Virus record (IMG/VR): IMGVR_UViG_3300030099_004448
Coordinates: 62,001 to 126,000 of that record
Reading direction: 5' to 3' (one strand)
DNA length: 64,000 nucleotides
In this document: positions 54,838 through 63,223 of the stretch, one piece after another
Numbering within the stretch: the first letter of the stretch is position 1
Layout of the letters: the number at the start of each line of letters is the position of its first letter
The notes under the pieces: model-generated
Seen by the model: the letters and a program-made list of their open reading frames with translations, nothing else
Databases searched by the model: none
Told to the model about the DNA's origin: nothing
Translations under genes and position numbers: made by a program

Positions 54838-56799
54838 ATGGCTGTATCAATTAGCACAGTAGGCATCAATACTGCAGACGCAGGAACTTGGACTCGGGAT
54901 GAAGCTATAGACCTGTTGGGAATTGGATTAAGTATTGCTCAACTTCATGGAGAACCATTAAGCGGCCTCGTAGTTGGAGTTTCCACATTTAATGGCGGAG
55001 GTCAAGTCTCTCAAGCAAGTGACATATATTATCAGGATGTAAGACCTATTTCTACAAGTGGAATAGGAACAGGTGCGTCATTTTATATTACTAGAGGTGA
55101 TAGTGATTATATTGAGGGAATTGCTGTTAATCGACCTGGTTATGGATATACTGGAGGAGAGGTAGTAACTTTAAGTGCAGAAGATATTGGTGGATCGATA
55201 AATGGTGCCAGTAATATGGAACTGACACTAGTTATTGATGCAACTATTAGTGGCGGATCTGGTTATGCTCTAACCTTTACGGGCGCAGCTGGTACTTCTA
55301 TTCAATCTAGAGGTTATGATAAAAATGGGTATCAGTCTATTGGAACTGATAGAACATATACCTTTACTGAAGGTGATACTATATCTTTCCATAACGATAC
55401 TTCTGATGAGTATAGTTCTTATGATTATATGGGTCTAGTCAGATATATCGACGATAGGCCTACACTCGCGCTTGTTAGTATTGGAAATACTGAAGTCGTC
55501 TGGTCTTATGGACAAACCAATCCCTCTGGTGTTACTAGTTCATGGACTCCAAGCGCTGGGGAAGCCGGAACTTATTTCTTTGCTAGACGATATTGTGAGA
55601 ATGAAGATTATACTACAATTATTGTAGAACCTGCTGCTCCTGAAGCTATTACTTCTGTAAGTTATGGATCTACTACTGGTTGGTTCGATCAAAATCCAGA
55701 AGCAGATACTAATTCTGCTGGTAGGGTACTTAAACTAGATGTAGACACTAGTAAAGAATTTGGAACAACTTATCATATGATCTACCATGTTAATGGTAGT
55801 GCGTTATATACCAATGGATATACTGGTTGGATGCCTATCGATACTAAAACAAGATATCCTGCATATTATCAAGATGGAATGGCTTCTAAAGAATATTTGG
55901 GTGGCCATGGGTATGGGAAAAGATGGGCTGGATCATACTTATTAGACGGTAGTGATTATAGTGATATCATGAACAACCATGAAAGTATGCTGAATAATGC
56001 TTATATGGATAGTAGTTCTTATGGAATGAGACATGTCAATTATCAAAAATTGTGTGACATTCCAACAAATTATACCGCTTATGAATTGAATTTAAAGATA
56101 TACAAATCTGCAATCGATCCAAACTTTGTTGTTTTTATATGGAAGTCTCCAACGTTATCTTCCTCAGACATTAATGATAACCTTGGAGGTTGTTTCTTCT
56201 TCCACAACTTTACATCAAGTGTGATTGATTTGGATCATTATAATTTGGGAACTATTACTAGAGTAGATGCATATAGTTCAGGAAACTTCAGTAGTGATAG
56301 TGACGCTCCTTATTTACAGTTTTATACTCATCTTATAAATCTTGATCCTAATGCTGCTAAGAGAAGTGCTATGAGAGGTTATGCTGGAAATCAGGATTGG
56401 TGGACTTATGACCAGTATGAGGCAAGTACTCATGTTGAGGGTGCAGACATTTATTCTACAAGATTATATTACAGACCAGATTCAAGTGATGAAAGATATG
56501 CCGATCGCATGACTTCCAACAATGCCACTTATATTGCGAATGATATACCCTCTAGTGCATCTTCTAATAACGTAATTAAAGGACTACCTTTATGCAGTAG
56601 AATGTTACCTTGTCCTTATTATATACCAGATGATTTTGTATTAATCCAATTTGATTATAATGCAATATCTACTAATATTCAGAACGGTGACACAGTTACT
56701 ATCAGTGGATCTGAGGTCTATGAAGTGATTACTGGTTCATATGATACTAATGACCAAAGTAGAACCAAGGGTATTCTATTCTGTGCGAGGGTAGTTTGA
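54838..56799 (+). CDS. Probable virion structural / fibre-associated protein
   Basis: VNRPGYGYTGGEVVTL motif, Tyr/Asp/Ser-rich, C-terminal PCPYYIPDDFVLI...GDTVTISGSEVY...FCARVV; 3 nt after the fibre gene. Confidence 0.7.
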   Translation: MAVSISTVGINTADAGTWTRDEAIDLLGIGLSIAQLHGEPLSGLVVGVSTFNGGGQVSQASDIYYQDVRPISTSGIGTGASFYITRGDSDYIEGIAVNRPGYGYTGGEVVTLSAEDIGGSINGASNMELTLVIDATISGGSGYALTFTGAAGTSIQSRGYDKNGYQSIGTDRTYTFTEGDTISFHNDTSDEYSSYDYMGLVRYIDDRPTLALVSIGNTEVVWSYGQTNPSGVTSSWTPSAGEAGTYFFARRYCENEDYTTIIVEPAAPEAITSVSYGSTTGWFDQNPEADTNSAGRVLKLDVDTSKEFGTTYHMIYHVNGSALYTNGYTGWMPIDTKTRYPAYYQDGMASKEYLGGHGYGKRWAGSYLLDGSDYSDIMNNHESMLNNAYMDSSSYGMRHVNYQKLCDIPTNYTAYELNLKIYKSAIDPNFVVFIWKSPTLSSSDINDNLGGCFFFHNFTSSVIDLDHYNLGTITRVDAYSSGNFSSDSDAPYLQFYTHLINLDPNAAKRSAMRGYAGNQDWWTYDQYEASTHVEGADIYSTRLYYRPDSSDERYADRMTSNNATYIANDIPSSASSNNVIKGLPLCSRMLPCPYYIPDDFVLIQFDYNAISTNIQNGDTVTISGSEVYEVITGSYDTNDQSRTKGILFCARVV

Positions 56800-57023
56800 T
56801 GGCTGATTATTCACTCAACAACTTAACAACCGCAGTGGATGGCACTCCAGATGCTGCGGAGTTTGGTTCATCAGTCGAATCTGCAACTTTTGAAACAACC
56901 AATGGAACTATTTCCCCTGGTGAAATTATAAATTTAAAAATGGGTTCGATTGGATCTGCAGTTCCTGCTTATGAACCAGATAGACCACACAGAGGACAAT
57001 TATACCCACGATTTGACCACTAA
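56799..57023 (+). CDS. Small fibre-associated hypothetical protein
   Basis: TGATG-coupled; ends RPHRGQLYPRFDH. Confidence 0.65.
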   Translation: MADYSLNNLTTAVDGTPDAAEFGSSVESATFETTNGTISPGEIINLKMGSIGSAVPAYEPDRPHRGQLYPRFDH

Positions 57024-57045
57024 ATAAAAGAAACTGATTTAAATT

Positions 57046-57609
57046 ATGGCTACTTCGATTAAAGTTTCCGAGACTATCGAGAAACTGCCAGCGAATCCAT
57101 TCGCTTTTGAAGTTCTAAATCTTGCATCAAAACAAAAAAGTAATGCAAAGAAGGCTCAAGTATTGAGAACATATGGTGATCCTTCTTTGCAGACTGTACT
57201 GATTTGGAACTTTGATGAGAGTGTAATCTCTCTTCTTCCTGAAGGTGTTGCGCCTTACGCTAGTACTAAAGAACAAACTTCTTACTCTGGAACATTGGGT
57301 GAGAAGATTGAAACTGCAGTAAACATGATGAATGAACTGGGTTCTCAATCATTGGGTTCCCAGGATCAAGGACAGACTTCTATTAGAAAAGAATACAAAT
57401 ATTTTTACAATTTTATCAAAGGTGGTAATGATGGACTTTCCTCTATGAAGAGGGAGACTATGTTTATCAACATCCTGGAAGGTCTTCATCCTCTAGAGGC
57501 AGAACTTCTTTTGCTTACAAAAGATCATAATCTACAGACCAAGTATAAAATCAGTAAGAAAAACGTATCGGATGCTTTCCCTGAGATCCAATGGGGTAAC
57601 AGATCTTAG
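57046..57609 (+). CDS. Conserved T4-like hypothetical protein
   Basis: LPANPFAFEVL, LIWNFD, LPEG, KRETMFINILEGLHPLEAELL. Confidence 0.8.
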   Translation: MATSIKVSETIEKLPANPFAFEVLNLASKQKSNAKKAQVLRTYGDPSLQTVLIWNFDESVISLLPEGVAPYASTKEQTSYSGTLGEKIETAVNMMNELGSQSLGSQDQGQTSIRKEYKYFYNFIKGGNDGLSSMKRETMFINILEGLHPLEAELLLLTKDHNLQTKYKISKKNVSDAFPEIQWGNRS

Positions 57610-57629
57610 ATTCGGATTCCACTACACGC

Positions 57630-57663
57630 TTGACAAAGTGGACTTCCTAGTATATTATAAATA
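57630..57663 (+). promoter_or_regulatory. Overlapping sigma70 and late promoters
   Basis: TTGACA-N17-TATTAT and TATAAATA (57656-63). Confidence 0.75.
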
Positions 57664-57666
57664 AGT

Positions 57667-57740
57667 GATCGAGACAAAGTGTTTCGATTTATTACAGACT
57701 CATGTCGAGAGTCTTCTCATCTGCGGGTAAACACTCCGCA
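57667..57740 (+). promoter_or_regulatory. Structured three-hairpin 5' leader
   Basis: Stems 57667-57689, 57696-57714 and 57722-57740, then GAGGT SD at 57751. Confidence 0.5.
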
Positions 57741-57761
57741 AGTAAACTACGAGGTATTAAA

Positions 57762-58136
57762 ATGTTGAAAACGACTATCGCTGCAGCAGCTGCTGCAATC
57801 GCCTTTGCACCCGCTGCAGCCCTAGCCGGTCCATACGTTAACGTCGAGACCAATGCTGGCTGGACTGGATCTGATTACAACGGAGCCGCGACTGATTTCC
57901 ACGTTGGCTACGAAGGCGCTATCGGAGATGGTGCATCTTACTACGTCCAAGGTGGCGCTACTCTTCTGAGCCCTGACGGTGGCGACAGTGACACTGTTCC
58001 TTCTGGTAAGGCTGGTCTTGGTCTCGCCGTAACCGATTCCCTTGGAGCGTATGGTGAAGTTTCATTTGTCGGTTCAGGTGATGACGACATCGACCGTGGA
58101 TACGGCGGTAAGCTGGGTGTTAAGTACTCCTTCTGA
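57762..58136 (+). CDS. Small outer-membrane beta-barrel / porin-like protein
   Basis: Signal peptide ending ALA; alternating beta strands; C-terminal GVKYSF Bam-type signal. Confidence 0.75.
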   Translation: MLKTTIAAAAAAIAFAPAAALAGPYVNVETNAGWTGSDYNGAATDFHVGYEGAIGDGASYYVQGGATLLSPDGGDSDTVPSGKAGLGLAVTDSLGAYGEVSFVGSGDDDIDRGYGGKLGVKYSF

Positions 58137-58159
58137 TATTAAATCAGGATATCCTAACG

Positions 58160-58183
58160 ACCTCCCTACGGGGAGGTTTTTTT
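58160..58183 (+). terminator. Rho-independent terminator
   Basis: ACCTCCC-TACG-GGGAGGT plus T-run. Confidence 0.9.
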
Positions 58184-58237
58184 ATGGTTAAATTTGGATT
58201 AACCATGTTAAAATAGTAAGGTCATTCGACAAAAACG

Positions 58238-58432
58238 ATGAAAAAGTATTTAAGAGCATTCTTAAATCCAGTAACGCAGATCAATATAATGATTCTGGGT
58301 TTTCTAATACTTGTTCAGGTTATACACACCAGAGCACATCATACTCTAGAGACTGATGTCCATGGGCATGTTCACAGAGCACTAAAAGCAAACCCAGAAA
58401 TGGCACGATCTACCTGCTACGAACTTGACTAA
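58238..58432 (+). CDS. Small membrane protein, His-rich
   Basis: TM followed by HTRAHHTLETDVHGHVH. Confidence 0.7.
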   Translation: MKKYLRAFLNPVTQINIMILGFLILVQVIHTRAHHTLETDVHGHVHRALKANPEMARSTCYELD

Positions 58433-58647
58433 TGAAGAAGAAAGTAAAAAAAATGATGGAATGGTTCTATGATGAATCATATAGAGGAGGACAAAACATT
58501 GCAGAATGCAAAAATCTTTATGATCTTGTAGAAAAACTGCAGTATCGTCTAGAAGATATGGAGAGTGAACACATGCAACTCATAGTTCGGATTGCCCATC
58601 TTGAAGGAAAGTTAGACAATCATGAACATGAGTTGCGATCTGAGTAG
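58432..58647 (+). CDS. Small coiled-coil hypothetical protein
   Basis: TAATG-coupled ORF. Confidence 0.7.
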   Translation: MKKKVKKMMEWFYDESYRGGQNIAECKNLYDLVEKLQYRLEDMESEHMQLIVRIAHLEGKLDNHEHELRSE

Positions 58648-58683
58648 GATGATATATAATAGTATCAGACCCACCTCTTTATA

Positions 58684-58962
58684 ATGTCCGAGTTTCCAAA
58701 AGACTGGCGTTATGCCGATGACCGTATGCAGATGCGTGCTGCGGTCTTTCGTGCTTTAAGTCATCATCTAGAAGAACATTGCCGTTCTGTCTATGAATTT
58801 TGCCATGACTGGGTAAGTCAAGGTAATAATCATACCAACAACATTGAACAACATTTTCAGAATTATTTGAAGGAGACCAAACGTGAAACTGTCTACACCC
58901 TTGAAAAATGCCTTGACATCGATTTCGATTATTCTAAGTACTACGCTCCTGAGCGGGACTAG
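58684..58962 (+). CDS. Hypothetical protein
   Basis: DWRYADDRMQMR...VYEFCHDWVSQGN; TTGCGA-N16-TATAAT promoter at 58633-58660. Confidence 0.75.
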   Translation: MSEFPKDWRYADDRMQMRAAVFRALSHHLEEHCRSVYEFCHDWVSQGNNHTNNIEQHFQNYLKETKRETVYTLEKCLDIDFDYSKYYAPERD

Positions 58963-59575
58963 TGTCTTAGCTAATGAAAAGATAAAAGGGTTCAAGACCT
59001 ACGACTCGATGGGCTGTATGTTACTTCGCGAATGTACAGACGGTGTTTACGAAATCAAATCTAGCAGCGATTTGCGGCCTTACTATCCTGATACTGATTT
59101 TAGTCGCATTAGTGTGGAGTTCGATAGAATCGTCAAGTCACTTAATAAGGTCGGAGTTGGTGTCTTTCTAGCCGACGAAAAGTGGTTCCCTGTCGGACAC
59201 CGAGGTGTTTATCATACGGTTTCCAACAACTTCTTTCTTAATCGTGCTTTCATGCATCGACCTCATGTTCTTATGAGTGTAACTCGTCATGAAGGTTGGC
59301 ATGCCGCACAAGATTGTATGGCGGGTTCTATCGAGAACTCTATGATTGCCATTATCAAACCAGAGGAAGAAGTTCCTATGATCTGGCAAGAGATGGTCAA
59401 GCGTACATACCCTCCTCACGCACAACCCTGGGAGAAAGAAGCAACCTGGGCAGGTAAGACCGAAGGTATGACACAAGATGCACTGGAAGCATGTGCGACT
59501 GGTTCCATGTGGGAGGTTTACAAACCCACCCCCATGACGTTAGAATGGTTACGTGAAAACAACTTCGTCAACTGA
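58883..59575 (+). CDS. Secreted zincin-like (HExxH) protein
   Basis: AAGGAG SD plus GTG start; signal-peptide-like N-terminus; RHEGWHAAQDC...EKEA. Confidence 0.75.
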   Translation: MKLSTPLKNALTSISIILSTTLLSGTSVLANEKIKGFKTYDSMGCMLLRECTDGVYEIKSSSDLRPYYPDTDFSRISVEFDRIVKSLNKVGVGVFLADEKWFPVGHRGVYHTVSNNFFLNRAFMHRPHVLMSVTRHEGWHAAQDCMAGSIENSMIAIIKPEEEVPMIWQEMVKRTYPPHAQPWEKEATWAGKTEGMTQDALEACATGSMWEVYKPTPMTLEWLRENNFVN

Positions 59576-59871
59576 TGGTACGGACTCAAAAGGCTCTCGA
59601 AAAAAACGTCAAGACTCTGAACAAGAAGACTACGACTACTAAGAAACCTCGCAAGACCAAGAAAGAAGACTTCAAGTTTGTCTTTACTAAGTCTAAGGAT
59701 GATGGACTCTTCCCTCATGCACCTACCTTTCCCTGGCGACTTGATGATCGTAAGGAAGGAAAAACCTGTTGGTTCCAATGCCAAGAACACGTAGAGAAAT
59801 ATTTGACTCGATATAAAATGACATCTAAAGAATATAAGTGTCAGTTGGCCAGTAAGTATGCAGATAATTGA
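59575..59871 (+). CDS. Basic hypothetical protein
   Basis: FPH..FPWRL...KTCWFQCQEHVEKYL.RY. Confidence 0.7.
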   Translation: MVRTQKALEKNVKTLNKKTTTTKKPRKTKKEDFKFVFTKSKDDGLFPHAPTFPWRLDDRKEGKTCWFQCQEHVEKYLTRYKMTSKEYKCQLASKYADN

Positions 59872-60421
59872 TGACGTTTTACCTGAAGAAGATTATGAAA
59901 GATTATGGACTTCCATGATCGGTGATGACTTTGCGTGGTACTTTGCTATCACCAAAGTCAGACATTATGTGGGTGAAGATACTACAAATGAATTATCTAA
60001 CGATCACCCACATAATTGTCAACTTTGTCATAGTTTTCATGCAGATGATACTATAACTAGTAAACACTGGCATTTAATTGAAGGTATTAGAGATAAACTA
60101 CAAGCGAGCGCATATTTGAGAGTAAAAGCAAATATGACTATGGCCACTCATGTGCCTTTAGAAACAAAAATGCATGTTGATTTTGGAGATGTAACTGGAT
60201 TTAAAACTGCAATCTATTACGTTAATTCAAATGATGGATATACTAAATTTGAAACAGGCGAAATAGTAGAATCTATAGGAAATAGATTAGTTATATTTGA
60301 TGGGACAACTAAACACTGCGGAAGCACACATACCAATCAAAAATATAGAATCGTTATAAACTTTAATTATTTTTCTAATATCATACCAAACTTTCAATAT
60401 CCAGAAATAGCTCCGTATTAG
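59858..60421 (+). CDS. 2OG-Fe(II) oxygenase
   Basis: RVKANM, MHVD, TAIYYVNSNDGYTKF, NRLVIFDG..KH, RIVINFNY. Confidence 0.88.
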   Translation: MQIIDDVLPEEDYERLWTSMIGDDFAWYFAITKVRHYVGEDTTNELSNDHPHNCQLCHSFHADDTITSKHWHLIEGIRDKLQASAYLRVKANMTMATHVPLETKMHVDFGDVTGFKTAIYYVNSNDGYTKFETGEIVESIGNRLVIFDGTTKHCGSTHTNQKYRIVINFNYFSNIIPNFQYPEIAPY

Positions 60422-60489
60422 TAATCCCAGATATAATAGGGATATATAACTACACACTTCTCTAAATACAGCTGCCTTGTTTCTATCAT

Positions 60490-60819
60490 ATGGGTGGTTC
60501 AAAACCAGCTAAGGTAGAAGATAAGGACCATGATGAAGATAAGAGTGAAGTTCTTGGTAATCTGGTGAAAGTTGTCGTACTTATATGGTCCGCATCTCTT
60601 CTCACGTTTAGCTACGTCAGACTTCCAAACGGTCAGAAAATTCTTGATTTTGACCCTACCTTCATTGCATCAGTGTTTTCTGGCTCTCTGGCCGCTTTCG
60701 GACTTTCTCCTGCTAAGGCGGGTGGAAATGGAAACGGAAAGACTTCATCCAAGAAAAATGAAGACACTGCCCCTCCAGTTCAATCTGCTATCGAACCAAA
60801 GGATAGACCAAAACAATAA
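60490..60819 (+). CDS. Membrane protein (two TMs)
   Basis: LVKVVVLIWSASLLTFSY, DFDPTFIASVFSGSLAAFG. Confidence 0.75.
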   Translation: MGGSKPAKVEDKDHDEDKSEVLGNLVKVVVLIWSASLLTFSYVRLPNGQKILDFDPTFIASVFSGSLAAFGLSPAKAGGNGNGKTSSKKNEDTAPPVQSAIEPKDRPKQ

Positions 60820-60833
60820 CCCAGGGGGTTATC

Positions 60834-61427
60834 ATGAAAAAAATCAACACTGCTGTTTTAAACGTCACTGTTGCGATCATAGACTATCTCTATAGAGGTA
60901 GACACTTTCAACGTTTTTGGGTGCTTGAGGAAATTGCTCGAGCACCCTATTTTGCGTTTTTGAGTGTCTTACATCTAAGAGAATCTCTAGGTTTGCGTGG
61001 TCAGTGGCATGTATATTTGATGAAAGAACATTTTGAACAATCAGTCAATGAAACCGAACATCTGGAATATATGGAAGGTAGGGGCGGTAATCGTTATTGG
61101 ATCGATCGCTTTGTCGCCAGACACCTCGTTCTCCTCTACTATTGGATTAATGTGGCTTATTATTGGTTGGCTCCTCGCTGTGCATACCATCTGTCATACG
61201 AAATAGAAATTCATGCAGCCGAAACATACGCACATTATCTTGCATATGAAGATTATTATGACCAAGACATTTGGAGAATCATGAATGATGAGGTTCAACA
61301 CTTCCAAGAACTTGCAGAAGCGATGAGAATTCTTGATCCTGATCGTTTAACTGTAAGGGAAAAAGATCATGAATCATTTCCGCCAGATGTAAGTGATTTA
61401 GTAGTAAAAGAGGAGGTTATGACATGA
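60834..61427 (+). CDS. PTOX: Plastoquinol terminal oxidase
   Basis: RFWVLEEIARAPYFAF, NETEHL, EIEIHAAETY, DEVQH di-iron motifs. Confidence 0.96.
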   Translation: MKKINTAVLNVTVAIIDYLYRGRHFQRFWVLEEIARAPYFAFLSVLHLRESLGLRGQWHVYLMKEHFEQSVNETEHLEYMEGRGGNRYWIDRFVARHLVLLYYWINVAYYWLAPRCAYHLSYEIEIHAAETYAHYLAYEDYYDQDIWRIMNDEVQHFQELAEAMRILDPDRLTVREKDHESFPPDVSDLVVKEEVMT

Positions 61428-61464
61428 CAACTAACGAAATTAAGAACTTTAAAGGGTATAGAAT

Positions 61465-61641
61465 ATGAGTCAATTCTGTTTCACTGATCTCAGTGATCAG
61501 CAACGTCGTCTCCTAATTGATGCAGTATGGATGCGTCAAAGACAATACATAGCGGGAGATAGAATGTTCCGAGAGTATGGAAAGATGCTCGATGATCTCC
61601 GTGAGGGGTTTGAAGATTATGTTCCTGGGAAGTATAGATGA
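61465..61641 (+). CDS. Small hypothetical protein (58 aa)
   Basis: Not in ORF track; LSDQQRRLLIDAVWMRQRQYIAGD; ATGA overlap with zwf. Confidence 0.65.
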   Translation: MSQFCFTDLSDQQRRLLIDAVWMRQRQYIAGDRMFREYGKMLDDLREGFEDYVPGKYR

Positions 61642-62987
61642 GTAGACTTGTTATATTCGGTGCGACAGGAGATCTTTGTCGCCGTAAATTGATTCCATCA
61701 TTACATAAACTTTGGGAGAAAAAATTACTTCCAACTGATTTTGTAGTTACTGGGTGTGCAAGGAGAGAGCCAACTAGAGATCAATGGATTGCATCTCTTG
61801 GTGGAGATTATCCCGAAGAATTTTTACATCTTCTAGACTATCAATCTGCAGATTTGTCTAGAGTAGATACTTTGAAGAATCTAAAACCAGCACCAGAAAC
61901 AGTATCTAGTGTTATTGAAGATACTACTTATTTTCTGTCAGTGCCACCAGAGAGATATGCAGATGCAATACAAAATCTCAAAGAAGCGGGACTTGTAGAT
62001 GATCAAGAAAGATCCAGAGTTATTATTGAAAAACCTTTTGGGACCGATTATAAATCTGCTGATAGTTTACAGTCTGTGGTGGGGAGATGTTTACGCGAGA
62101 AACAAGTATATCGCATTGACCATTATCTTGGTAAAGATACTGTTAATAATATCCTTGCCACTAGGTTTAGCAATATACTTCTTGAACCACTTTGGAACAG
62201 GAATTACGTAGAGGAAGTTCAAATCTATGCAACCGAAACTATTGGTTGTGAAGGTAGATCTCAATACTACGAAACTGCAGGTGCAGTCAGAGATATGTTA
62301 CAGAACCATATGCTTCAGGTTCTTGCATTGATTGCAATGGAAGCGCCATGTAAAATGGACGCTAAAGAGATTCGTAGAGAGAAGACAAAGGTTCTTGCTG
62401 CATCCAGATTGGGCACTAAACTAATCTGTGGTCAGTACAATGGATATAGAGATGAAGAGGGTGTAGATCCTGAATCAAGCACTCCAACCTTTGTTGCGGG
62501 TGATATTTACATTGATAACTGGAGATGGGAGGGTGTTCCATTTCACTTCATGACTGGTAAGAAAATGCCTTATCAGTGTGTTGAAGTAGTTGTTAAACTC
62601 AAGGCTCCACCACAACAATTATTTGAAGGTCATGAATACAATGACCGTATCGTAATGAGACTTCAACCACATCCACACTTCGATATCAGAATTGATATGA
62701 AGGCGCCAGGATTTAAAAATGATGTAGAGACTGCAACTCTTACACATCGTTATCCTGATTGGTTGGGAGTTGACGGGTATGAAAAACTACTGTATGATGC
62801 TATACAAGGAAACCAATCCAACTTCGTTCACTCCGAAGAAGTATTAGAATCCTGGAGAATCGTTGATGATCTTCTCTGCACTGGAGATAAGTGCCCTATC
62901 ACGACTATTCCTTATTTGTATAATTATGGTTCTTGGGGCCCTCAACAAAAAACAGATTCAATTACTAATTGGGATTATCCCGCATGA
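61638..62987 (+). CDS. zwf: Glucose-6-phosphate dehydrogenase
   Basis: FGATGDL, IEKPFG, YRIDHYLGK, RDMLQNH, NWRWEGVPF. Confidence 0.98.
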   Translation: MSRLVIFGATGDLCRRKLIPSLHKLWEKKLLPTDFVVTGCARREPTRDQWIASLGGDYPEEFLHLLDYQSADLSRVDTLKNLKPAPETVSSVIEDTTYFLSVPPERYADAIQNLKEAGLVDDQERSRVIIEKPFGTDYKSADSLQSVVGRCLREKQVYRIDHYLGKDTVNNILATRFSNILLEPLWNRNYVEEVQIYATETIGCEGRSQYYETAGAVRDMLQNHMLQVLALIAMEAPCKMDAKEIRREKTKVLAASRLGTKLICGQYNGYRDEEGVDPESSTPTFVAGDIYIDNWRWEGVPFHFMTGKKMPYQCVEVVVKLKAPPQQLFEGHEYNDRIVMRLQPHPHFDIRIDMKAPGFKNDVETATLTHRYPDWLGVDGYEKLLYDAIQGNQSNFVHSEEVLESWRIVDDLLCTGDKCPITTIPYLYNYGSWGPQQKTDSITNWDYPA

Positions 62988-63223
62988 CACCCACTATTGA
63001 CCCGACAGATCCAAGGTACTTTCTACAAACCTCGGATAAACCATACGATAGACACCAATACGTTCTATCGTACAATGGAGAAAAAGAATTACTATTTGAG
63101 GATTACGATCACTTGAGAGCTTACTGGTTTGAAACAGTTCGCAATTTCAGTGGGTGTACCGTACAAGTTTTAGATATCAAAAAGGACAAGAAAAAGTCGA
63201 AGTCGAAAGGAGGATTCAAATGA
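62984..63223 (+). CDS. Hypothetical protein between zwf and gnd
   Basis: QTSDKPYDRH...SKGGF; ATGA-coupled on both sides. Confidence 0.75.
   Translation: MTPTIDPTDPRYFLQTSDKPYDRHQYVLSYNGEKELLFEDYDHLRAYWFETVRNFSGCTVQVLDIKKDKKKSKSKGGFK

Noticed and set aside
2859-57761. Extended N-termini in the ORF track (2859, 3277, 6770, 14376, 16540, 21583, 23302, 30265, 33618, 34232, 37108, 47185, 57702)
   Set aside because: These upstream starts lie inside neighbouring genes or promoters; downstream ATGs fit translational coupling and family N-termini better
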